Position numbers and translations under genes: made by a program. The notes under the pieces are model-generated. The model searched no databases and was not told where the DNA came from. It was given only the letters and a program-made list of their open reading frames with translations. Positions 27,435 to 34,938 of a DNA stretch of 42,849 nucleotides are shown piece after piece. The DNA comes from Candidatus Omnitrophota bacterium (GTDB lineage Bacteria; Hinthialibacterota; Hinthialibacteria; OLB16): assembly GCA_029261095.1 (NCBI GenBank), contig JAJDBZ010000050.1, forward strand, positions 1 through 42,849, given 5' to 3'. The number at the start of each line of letters is the position of its first letter. Positions within the stretch are counted from its first letter, which is position 1.

Positions 27435-27772
27435 GGCGTGGTTGGATCAGTCGCTGAATCTATGAGCGAAACCTCTGGGGGAGAAGCGTCGGCTGTCGAC
27501 GAATCAACCTGGCCGCTGGTGCCGGCGGGAAGAGAATCTTCAAACGGATCCTTGCCTTTGTAATCGAGTTCTCCCATTCGATAGTATTTTTCGTTAGCCA
27601 ACGGTCCCCGGATAAGGCCCAAGTTCTCTTCGGCGAGAAAAGTGTCATCATACGTCCCCTTAAAACTGTAGGTGACCCAGGTGAAATAGACCAAGAGTAC
27701 TATGGCTAATCCAATGAGGATTCTTGGTATCCATGTAGCGGGAGAAATCGATTCGGTCTGTTGGTTGTTCAT
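27431..27772 (-). CDS. small single-pass membrane protein, hypothetical
   Basis: ATGA start/stop overlap with the upstream nucleotidyltransferase gene. It has a TM helix (IPRILIGLAIVLLVYFTWV) and an acidic/Ser-rich tail. Confidence 0.55.
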   Translation of the reverse strand: MNNQQTESISPATWIPRILIGLAIVLLVYFTWVTYSFKGTYDDTFLAEENLGLIRGPLANEKYYRMGELDYKGKDPFEDSLPAGTSGQVDSSTADASPPEVSLIDSATDPTTP

Positions 27773-28242
27773 TCCAGGTTTCGAATCCTTTCTATCAACT
27801 GACTATTCGATTCACCCTCAAACTTCGGGATCAGATAAAGTTTTCCACCCGACTCCTTGACCGCCGCGGCCTCAACGCAATTCTCACCGTAACTCGCGTC
27901 ATTGACGTGAACATCCGGTTTGACTCTACGCACAAAGTCGATGCAATCACGCTCATCAAATAAAACGACGAAATCGACATACTCAATAGCTGCCAGGATC
28001 TCGGAGCGTTCCATTTCATTCCGAATTGGGCGTGAAGGACCCGTCCACTGTGGGTTGGATCGATCACTGTTCAACCCGACCACGAGGACATCCCCCTGTG
28101 ATGCCGCATTCTTTAACATACGAATGTGGGAACCGTTGATGATGTCGAAACAACCATTGGTGGTGACAACGCTTTTTCCCTGTTTTTTCAGTTCGCCCAG
28201 ATGGCGATCGATATCTTCTTGTTTCTCCAGGATAATTCCCAT
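27769..28242 (-). CDS. cytidylyltransferase-fold nucleotidyltransferase, RfaE domain II / heptose-1-phosphate adenylyltransferase-like
   Basis: It aligns by eye with HldE domain II: TNGCFDIINGSH...VVGLNSDRS...SRPIRNEMERSEILAAIEYVDFVVLFDE. The canonical HxGH is replaced by NGSH. Confidence 0.75.
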   Translation of the reverse strand: MGIILEKQEDIDRHLGELKKQGKSVVTTNGCFDIINGSHIRMLKNAASQGDVLVVGLNSDRSNPQWTGPSRPIRNEMERSEILAAIEYVDFVVLFDERDCIDFVRRVKPDVHVNDASYGENCVEAAAVKESGGKLYLIPKFEGESNSQLIERIRNLE

Positions 28243-28546
28243 GTATCCGCTCTTTCTCGGTTGATGCGCGGTCGCTTCGTAAGGGCCAATTTTATTGAAA
28301 TCACACCTTTAATCTTTTGAAAAAACGCATCTTCTGAAGCAAAAGCAACGCCTCTGCTCAGGTAAGTGTCTGCCCCGAAAAGAAGTTCGGGTTCGTTTGT
28401 CAGACCGTCAATAATAGAGTGGCCATTAAAGGTGTCAACCAAATCAAATCTTCCATTGTCGGCCAAATCCTAGACAACTACACCCTGCAAACTTGCGTTT
28501 TCTTACGAATCCAGCAAGAATAATAGTCTCAGCAGGGAAAAAACCC

Positions 28547-28576
28547 TTGACAACAAGGCAATTTAGTGATGATAAT
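28547..28576 (+). promoter_or_regulatory. near-consensus sigma70-type promoter of the flagellar operon (TTGACA-N18-GATAAT)
   Basis: TTGACA at 28547-28552 and GATAAT at 28571-28576, 50 nt upstream of the fliL ATG. AAGGAGG RBS at 28614-28620. Confidence 0.5.
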
Positions 28577-28580
28577 TGCC
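28557..28580. promoter_or_regulatory. perfect 7-bp inverted repeat GGCAATT-N10-AATTGCC overlapping the -10 element (candidate operator)
   Basis: The left arm is 28557-28563 and the right arm is 28574-28580. Its reverse complement matches exactly. Confidence 0.4.
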
Positions 28581-28625
28581 TTTACTTATTGAAGTTGAGA
28601 GATTAAACTTCATAAGGAGGATTAA

Positions 28626-29099
28626 ATGACTGAGCAGGCCGCAACCCCCGAAGAGCCCCAAGGGGGAGGAAAATTCAAAACCGTACTCCTGATTCTCATC
28701 ATCATGATGATTGTCGGTGTGGGTGCGGCTTTTTATGTGATGATGCCCGAGAAGGCGCCTGAACTGAAAGCCTATCAATGGCCGATCGAGGGTGAGGGCG
28801 GTCTCGAAGTGAGCACGACTCTCGGGGACAGTTCAGCAATGTTGATGACCCAAGTCCGGTTTGTGACTCGGCCCATCGATTTTGACACTCAACTGAGCGC
28901 TGCGGAAGAAGAATTGAAAGAAAAGCGGAGTATTATCGATAACATCCTCACAGAAGTGGGTAACAGTCTGGATTCCGAAACTTCGCTGGAAACCGATGAA
29001 TTCAAGAGACGTGTGCGGAAGATGATGAATGATGAGTTAACACATTGTGAGATCGACAAGATATTGATCAAGGACTGGATCGTTCACAACGCGGGATAG
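28626..29099 (+). CDS. fliL: flagellar basal-body-associated protein FliL
   Basis: 157 aa with an N-terminal TM helix (TVLLILIIMMIVGVGAAFYV) and a periplasmic domain of FliL size. It lies immediately upstream of fliM, as in many flagellar operons. Confidence 0.7.
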   Translation: MTEQAATPEEPQGGGKFKTVLLILIIMMIVGVGAAFYVMMPEKAPELKAYQWPIEGEGGLEVSTTLGDSSAMLMTQVRFVTRPIDFDTQLSAAEEELKEKRSIIDNILTEVGNSLDSETSLETDEFKRRVRKMMNDELTHCEIDKILIKDWIVHNAG

Positions 29100-29111
29100 A
29101 GAAGAGACCCC

Positions 29112-30107
29112 ATGGCGGAAATACTTTCACAATCCGAAATTGACTCTTTGCTCAACGCTCTTTCCACTGGGACTATCGATGATGATGTCCAATCCACGGA
29201 ACAGAGTAAAGGGATTAAGGTCTATGATTTTAAGCATCCCGATCGATTCTCCAAGGACCAGACCCGGTCGTTACAGATGCTCCATGAACATTTCTCCCGA
29301 TTGTTTTCCACCTCCCTTTCAACTTACCTGAGAACCATCACAGAGGTGAAACTGGTTTCGGTCGATCAACTTTCTTACGACGAATTTATTAGATCGATCC
29401 CGAATCCGACCTGTGTCAATTTGATTGAGATGAACCCGCTCGATGGGAATGCACTCCTGGAGATCTCCCCTTCGCTTACCTTTGCGGTTATCGACCGTCT
29501 GATGGGCGGCAAGGGCCAGACCTTCAGAAAGAACAGGGAACTGACAGAAATCGAGCAGAGTATTGTGCTCAAGATCATCGAGCGGATTTTCGAAGGGCTT
29601 GAGGAAGCTTGGGCCGGCGTAGTCGCGCTCAGCCTCGAATTGAAATCGACCGAAACGAATCCACAGCTCTTTTTACAACTCTTCCTTCCAACCGAGATGG
29701 TCATCCTCATGACAATGGAAGTCAGCATCGGAGAGAGTTCGGGTACTTTTTGTATCTGTATTCCTTATGTGGTTCTTGAGCCTGTGGCCAACAAACTCTC
29801 CTCTCGGAGCTGGTTCTCGGGCCGGAAATCAAGCGAAGATTCCAAAAAAGATAACGCCATGGAAGTGCATGTCAAAAAGGTAGACCTTCCATTGACCGCG
29901 TTCCTTGGGAATGCGAGGTTGAAAGTGAGCGACATCCTTTCATTAGAAACTGATGACGTTGTTCCTCTGCAGAAGAGGAAGGACGAGGAAATCGAAGTAA
30001 GTCTCTGCGGGAACCCGATGTACCTGGGGCGACCGGGGACACACCGTAACCACCGTGCCTTCAAGGTAACTGAAGTCATCGGTGGGGATTTGGGGTGGAT
30101 AAAATGA
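29112..30107 (+). CDS. fliM: flagellar motor switch protein FliM
   Basis: N-terminal CheY-P-binding motif LSQSEIDSLL. The central FliM/CheC-like domain and the C-terminal SpoA (FliN-like) domain are both present. 331 aa. Confidence 0.92.
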   Translation: MAEILSQSEIDSLLNALSTGTIDDDVQSTEQSKGIKVYDFKHPDRFSKDQTRSLQMLHEHFSRLFSTSLSTYLRTITEVKLVSVDQLSYDEFIRSIPNPTCVNLIEMNPLDGNALLEISPSLTFAVIDRLMGGKGQTFRKNRELTEIEQSIVLKIIERIFEGLEEAWAGVVALSLELKSTETNPQLFLQLFLPTEMVILMTMEVSIGESSGTFCICIPYVVLEPVANKLSSRSWFSGRKSSEDSKKDNAMEVHVKKVDLPLTAFLGNARLKVSDILSLETDDVVPLQKRKDEEIEVSLCGNPMYLGRPGTHRNHRAFKVTEVIGGDLGWIK

Positions 30108-31153
30108 CACCGGATGCACTTTCGCAGGAAGAGATCGACGCTCTACTCAAGGGTTCTACCGGAGGTGAGGGTGAAGGGGGGTCGCCGCAAGAGGGTGGGT
30201 TGACCCCCGACCAAACCGAAACACTCGAGAAATATGGCGACAAGATGGCCCAAACTCAATCCGACATGATTGGGACTTACTTGGGCGACACCGTCTCTGT
30301 GGATCGCCAGAGTCATTCCGCGGAAACCGCCGACGCGATCGCATCCAAGATTTCCGGCAATATCGTTGTCTGTTCATTTCTCTATGAAGGAAGTTTGAAC
30401 GGGAAATCTCTGCTTTTGTTTACCGAAAAGGATGCTTGCAAGGTTGGCGGGACCATGGTCGGGGAACCGGAGGCTTCAGAGTTTTCCGAACTGATCATGG
30501 ATGCCTTCAAAGAGATCTGTAACACTATCGTAGGAAATTTAAACACCGGTTTGAGTAACGAACTCGGCATGACCGTTTCCATCAAGGACATGGAAATGGA
30601 AATGAAAGAGTTTAGTTCGGCCCTTCTGGTTGAGAAAATTGGTGAAAGCGACCTGAATGGTCTCATCACTTACAGCCTGAAAATCGGTGAAGATGACCCT
30701 ACAGCTTGTTGGCAAATCTTCTCCAAGGAACTGATCGAGTCCATCAACTCACCCGCGGAAACGGCGGAGCCAACACCCGCGCCCAAATCCGCTCCGGCGG
30801 CGGCCCAACCCGCCACTCAGCCTCAAGCAGCCCCGGTCGAATTCGAACCACTGGCCCAGGAAACAACACGCACTTCGGCGCCGGCAAACCTCGACCTGAT
30901 TATGGACATCGGATTAGAGATCCGAGTGGAACTGGGCCGAACTAACATGAAGATACGGGACATCCTCAACCTGGGCGGCGGGTCCGTGGTCGAGTTGGAT
31001 AAACTGGCGGGCGAGCCGGTTGACCTATTGGTCAACGATGTCATCTTCGCGAAAGGTGAAGTGGTGGTCATCGACGAGAATTTCGGTGTCAGAATCACAG
31101 AGATTCTGACCCTTCAAGAACGCATCAAAACGTTAGGCGAATTGAAAGACTAA
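30104..31153 (+). CDS. fliY: flagellar motor switch protein FliY (N-terminal CheY-binding peptide + CheC-like domain + FliN/SpoA domain)
   Basis: LSQEEIDALLKG at the N-terminus and a C-terminal FliN signature (LEIRVELGRTNMKIRDILNLGGGSVVELDKLAGEPVDLLVNDVIFAKGEVVVIDENFGVRITEI). The ATG at 30104 overlaps the fliM stop (ATGA). The track ORF begins at GTG 30095. Confidence 0.88.
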   Translation: MTPDALSQEEIDALLKGSTGGEGEGGSPQEGGLTPDQTETLEKYGDKMAQTQSDMIGTYLGDTVSVDRQSHSAETADAIASKISGNIVVCSFLYEGSLNGKSLLLFTEKDACKVGGTMVGEPEASEFSELIMDAFKEICNTIVGNLNTGLSNELGMTVSIKDMEMEMKEFSSALLVEKIGESDLNGLITYSLKIGEDDPTACWQIFSKELIESINSPAETAEPTPAPKSAPAAAQPATQPQAAPVEFEPLAQETTRTSAPANLDLIMDIGLEIRVELGRTNMKIRDILNLGGGSVVELDKLAGEPVDLLVNDVIFAKGEVVVIDENFGVRITEILTLQERIKTLGELKD

Positions 31154-31167
31154 GAACACTTGCGACG

Positions 31168-31195
31168 GAGAAGACCTTTGGGGAAAGGTCTTTTC
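31168..31195 (+). terminator. stem-loop with embedded T-run between fliY and fliO (attenuator, terminator or RNA processing/stability element)
   Basis: AAGACCTTT (31171-31179), loop GGGG, then AAAGGTCTT (31184-31192), followed by TTC. The stem can extend to 31168/31195. Confidence 0.4.
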
Positions 31196-31250
31196 GGTAG
31201 GTCGCCAAATCGGGAGAGCCCAATAGGGTTCGCTCACTGGGGGAGAGTCA

Positions 31251-31895
31251 ATGAAGAGCACGCTGGGGTGGCTCCTGGCAACACTTGTCATGTGTATGGC
31301 GAGTGGTGGCTGGGCCGAATCGAATCAGAACACAGATCAAAAATCGGCGGTTGCTTCTGGCGAGAGTCGGGAAGGGTACCGTTTCGATGCGGACCGTTTC
31401 GGGCAGGCAATGGATCGAGCTTCGGGGACACCCGCGCAAGATCCGGCTGAGTCGTCCGTCATCAACACCTCGGATATCAGCCTGTCTCGAATTTTGGGAA
31501 GAACGGTCCTTTCCCTGATTGTCATCATCGGAGCAATCTACGGTCTGACTTATTTTCTCCGGAACCTCTCGAACAGAACATCCTATCAGAATGCGGGGCC
31601 GTTACGTGTCCTGAACAAACAGAGTCTCTCTCAAAAATCTTCGGTTTACGTTGTGTCCACACTTAACCGTTTTCTGATTATCGGCGAGTCCGCCCAAGGC
31701 CTTACCTGTTTATCTGAATTTAACGATCCAGAGGAAGTGGAAAACCTGAAGCGCGAATACGGTTGGGATGGAAACGGACAAACAGATGGATCGCCTACCT
31801 TCCTTTCCGGTCACTCAAAGTTTGCGCCAACGCTCAAATCCCATATGGATGATCTCGAAAGAGAACTTCAGGAATATGAGGAGGTGCGTCGCTGA
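31251..31895 (+). CDS. fliO: flagellar biosynthesis protein FliO (extended form)
   Basis: It lies directly upstream of, and overlaps, fliP (TGATG). The TM helix (VLSLIVIIGAIYGLTYFL) is followed by the conserved ...VYVVSTLNRFLIIGES... FliO-like segment. At 214 aa it has extra N- and C-terminal regions. Confidence 0.7.
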   Translation: MKSTLGWLLATLVMCMASGGWAESNQNTDQKSAVASGESREGYRFDADRFGQAMDRASGTPAQDPAESSVINTSDISLSRILGRTVLSLIVIIGAIYGLTYFLRNLSNRTSYQNAGPLRVLNKQSLSQKSSVYVVSTLNRFLIIGESAQGLTCLSEFNDPEEVENLKREYGWDGNGQTDGSPTFLSGHSKFAPTLKSHMDDLERELQEYEEVRR

Positions 31896-32761
31896 TGTTT
31901 GCTGTCGGGGATCGCAAAACCTGGTTGTGGCCGGTAGGTGCTAGGATCTCTCAGGTCCTATGCTTAGTGCTGTTCCTCTGCTTGATGTCTATGGATGCAG
32001 CGGCTCAATCCGTGCCCAACATCAGCCTCAACGTCGATTCGAGCAACGAACCCAGCGATGTGGCCCTGTCGCTGCAGATTCTGTTCTTGTTCTCAATTCT
32101 TTCGATCGCACCCGGTCTCTTGATCATGGTCACCTCTTTTACACGGATCGTTATCGTTCTTTCATTTATCCGCCGGGCGCTCAATCTTCAGCAAACACCA
32201 CCGAACCAGGTCATTGTGGGACTCTCTTTGTTCATGACCTTCTTTGTGATGGCGCCAGTATGGAACGAAATAAACACGGAAGCAGTACAACCCTACTTGA
32301 ATCACGAGTTTGATAAAGAAGTTCGAGACCCGATCGACCCGGTCACTCAAGAGGAGATCGATCCCGAAACTCTCCCCTTCAACATCATGCTAACCAGAGC
32401 AGTTCGTCCGATACGAACTTTCATGTGGTCTCAGATCGGAGTGGAGGGAGAAGAGGAAGTAGCGCTACTGATGGTGATGGCAGGTCTGGAGAAACCGGAG
32501 ACGCCGGCTGATGTTCCGCTTCGGGTTCTAGCGCCGGCATTCATGCTGAGTGAACTCCAAAAGGCTTTCATTATGGGGTTTCTCTTGTTCCTTCCTTTTC
32601 TTGTCATCGACATCGTGATCGCATCGGTCATCTTGTCGATGGGTATGTTTACTCGGTCTCCCGTCTTGATTTCACTCCCATTCAAGATCCTCTTGTTTGT
32701 GATGGTCGATGGTTGGCGGCTGGTTGTGGAATCGCTTGGCGTTTCAATACTCGGGGTTTAA
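31895..32761 (+). CDS. fliP: flagellar type III secretion protein FliP
   Basis: Conserved MVTSFTRIVIVLSFIRRALNLQQTPPNQV and ...PFLVIDIVIASVILSMGM...PFKILLFVMVDGW motifs. Confidence 0.95.
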   Translation: MFAVGDRKTWLWPVGARISQVLCLVLFLCLMSMDAAAQSVPNISLNVDSSNEPSDVALSLQILFLFSILSIAPGLLIMVTSFTRIVIVLSFIRRALNLQQTPPNQVIVGLSLFMTFFVMAPVWNEINTEAVQPYLNHEFDKEVRDPIDPVTQEEIDPETLPFNIMLTRAVRPIRTFMWSQIGVEGEEEVALLMVMAGLEKPETPADVPLRVLAPAFMLSELQKAFIMGFLLFLPFLVIDIVIASVILSMGMFTRSPVLISLPFKILLFVMVDGWRLVVESLGVSILGV

Positions 32762-32780
32762 ACGAAAGGGGCAAACCAAA

Positions 32781-33050
32781 ATGGAAGCAGGAACAGTGTT
32801 GGCTTTGGGTCGGGAGATGCTTTTGCTGACCCTTTATCTATCGGTCCCCATCATGGTGGTCGGAATGGCGATTGGATTGATCATCAGTATCTTTCAAGCG
32901 ATGACTCAGATCCAGGAACAAACACTCACTTTCGTGCCCAAGATTATCGCGATTCTAGTCACCATCATTCTCCTTCTGCCTTGGAGTCTTCAAATGATGG
33001 TGACTTACACACAACGTTTGATTGAGCAGATGCCGGGGTTTGTAAACTAA
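32781..33050 (+). CDS. fliQ: flagellar type III secretion protein FliQ
   Basis: 89 aa from the ATG at 32781, with GGGG upstream. It carries the typical FliQ pattern LSVPIMVVGMAIGLIISIFQAMTQIQEQTLTFVPKI. Confidence 0.92.
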   Translation: MEAGTVLALGREMLLLTLYLSVPIMVVGMAIGLIISIFQAMTQIQEQTLTFVPKIIAILVTIILLLPWSLQMMVTYTQRLIEQMPGFVN

Positions 33051-33051
33051 G

Positions 33052-33846
33052 ATGAACGATGTCGATTTCAATCTTTTGGTGGATCAGTTCCGCCTCTATC
33101 TGTTGGTCTTTGTACGGATCAGCGCGCTCGCTATCGCTGCTCCCGTGCTTTCGAGCGCTCTCCTTAGGGTTCCAGTTCAGCTCATGGTCGGATTGGTGTC
33201 GGCGCTTGCATTGATCGTCATGATGCAGCTGCCGGGCGATATTCTTCTTCCCGATTGGGGATGGGGATATGCGCTGATGATTGGCGGGGAAGTCTTGATG
33301 GGGGTATCGCTAGGCTTCTTGGTCTCTCTGATTTTGGGAGGGATACAAGTTGGCGGTGAGATTATCGACCACCTGATCGGGTTTGCGGTGGTCGATGTCA
33401 TCGACCCGGTCACCAACGAGTCGGCATCATTGATCGGGAACTTGAAAGGCCTCTTGGCAACACTCCTCTTTCTTCTGCTGCACGGACACCATCACATGTT
33501 TCGCGGGTTGATGAGAACTTTCGAGTCGGTGCCACCCGGAGCGGCCGGAATGCCGATCGAAGTGTGGCCATTCATTCTCGGGTACTCCGAAATGTTGTTC
33601 ATTGTCGGACTTCAAATCGCCGCGCCTTGTCTGATTGTCATGACCCTTCTTTATGTGCCGGAAGGATTCCTCGCGCGCATGGTGCCGCAATTAAATTTAA
33701 TGATTAACGATGTTCCCTTCCGAATAGTTATTGGACTGTTTGTCGTTTGGTTGGGCCTCGGACCGATGATGGGAGTTCTGACTGGATTGATCGAAGAAAT
33801 AGCCACAGTGGGAGACCGATTCGCGCTCATTGCAGCGGGAGCATAA
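33052..33846 (+). CDS. fliR: flagellar type III secretion protein FliR
   Basis: 264-aa polytopic membrane protein in the canonical fliPQR position. FVRISALAIAAPV and the G(E)IIDHLIGF pattern are present. Confidence 0.9.
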   Translation: MNDVDFNLLVDQFRLYLLVFVRISALAIAAPVLSSALLRVPVQLMVGLVSALALIVMMQLPGDILLPDWGWGYALMIGGEVLMGVSLGFLVSLILGGIQVGGEIIDHLIGFAVVDVIDPVTNESASLIGNLKGLLATLLFLLLHGHHHMFRGLMRTFESVPPGAAGMPIEVWPFILGYSEMLFIVGLQIAAPCLIVMTLLYVPEGFLARMVPQLNLMINDVPFRIVIGLFVVWLGLGPMMGVLTGLIEEIATVGDRFALIAAGA

Positions 33847-33852
33847 GGATTT

Positions 33853-34935
33853 ATGCCAGCCAACGACGAAACCGGCGAAAAAACGGAAGAAGCGACTCCC
33901 CGCCAACGGGAACGCGCGAGAGAAGAAGGACGGGTGGCCAGCAGCCGTGAGGTTGGGACTCTGTTCATTCTGACCGCCGCGACTCTGTCCATCTATTTCG
34001 CCGGTCCCTACATGATTGGTCGACTGGAATCGCTTTTCATCCGTGTCATCGAAGCCATGGCATTCGCGGATATTGCCGGGGGTGGGGCCGCACGGCTCCT
34101 TCAGGAGATGCTTATTCAGACATTGCTGGTCATCTGGCCAGTCATGTTGGCATTGGTGGTGGCATCCTTGACGGGGTGGATTCTCCAAGTCGGATTCATC
34201 TTTGTCAGCAAACCGCTTCAACCTCAGCTTTCACGCATCAACCCGATCGAAGGAGCCAAACGTCTCTTTTCCACACAAATTCTGGCAGAGACCGGTAAGT
34301 CCATTTTTAAGTTTACTGTCGTCGGCACGGTTTCGTATTTTTTATTTAAACCCATGATTCCATTCGCGGCGGCGACTGTCAGTCGCGATCCAAAACTGAT
34401 TCTTCCAACTATCTTCGAGATTGGTTTGGACCTGGCTCTCTACCTTCTACTCTTTCTTCTCGCGGTCGCACTATTCGATTACTCCTACCAAAAATGGCGA
34501 CACTCCAAAGATCTGCGGATGAGCCGCTATGAAGTCAAACAGGAACTGAAAGAACAGGAAGGCGACCCGCAGATCCGAGCCCGGGTCCGCTCGATCCGTC
34601 AACAACAAATCCGTCAACAGATGATCGCCGAAGTCCCCAAAGCCGAAGTGGTAATTACCAATCCGACTCACTATGCGATTGCGGTTCGGTACGATATGGA
34701 CGAACGAAGAGCACCACATGTTCTTGCCAAAGGTCGCGGCGTCATCGCACAACGAATCAAGGAGATCGCCACCGAAAACGACATTCCCCTCTACGAAGAC
34801 AAATGGTTGGCCCGCCAGCTCTACGCCGCTTGCGATGTTGGCGATAGTGTCCCCGTGGATTTGTGGCAAGCCGTGGCTCGCGTCCTCGCGTTTGTGAGAA
34901 CCCTCAACGATAGCCACCAGGCGGTGGGAGCATAA
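33853..34935 (+). CDS. flhB: flagellar type III secretion substrate-specificity switch protein FlhB
   Basis: N-terminal EKTEEATPRQRERAREEGRVASSREV and the autocleavage motif NPTH (VVITNPTHYAIAVRY). Confidence 0.95.
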   Translation: MPANDETGEKTEEATPRQRERAREEGRVASSREVGTLFILTAATLSIYFAGPYMIGRLESLFIRVIEAMAFADIAGGGAARLLQEMLIQTLLVIWPVMLALVVASLTGWILQVGFIFVSKPLQPQLSRINPIEGAKRLFSTQILAETGKSIFKFTVVGTVSYFLFKPMIPFAAATVSRDPKLILPTIFEIGLDLALYLLLFLLAVALFDYSYQKWRHSKDLRMSRYEVKQELKEQEGDPQIRARVRSIRQQQIRQQMIAEVPKAEVVITNPTHYAIAVRYDMDERRAPHVLAKGRGVIAQRIKEIATENDIPLYEDKWLARQLYAACDVGDSVPVDLWQAVARVLAFVRTLNDSHQAVGA

Positions 34936-34938
34936 GCC

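Noticed and set aside
28188-28466. 92-aa TTG-start ORF upstream of and overlapping the nucleotidyltransferase gene
   Set aside because: It has a weak start and no RBS, overlaps the real gene's 5' end in another frame, and lies in an AT-richer promoter-like gap. I also considered it a remnant of a kinase domain, but I see no sugar-kinase motifs.
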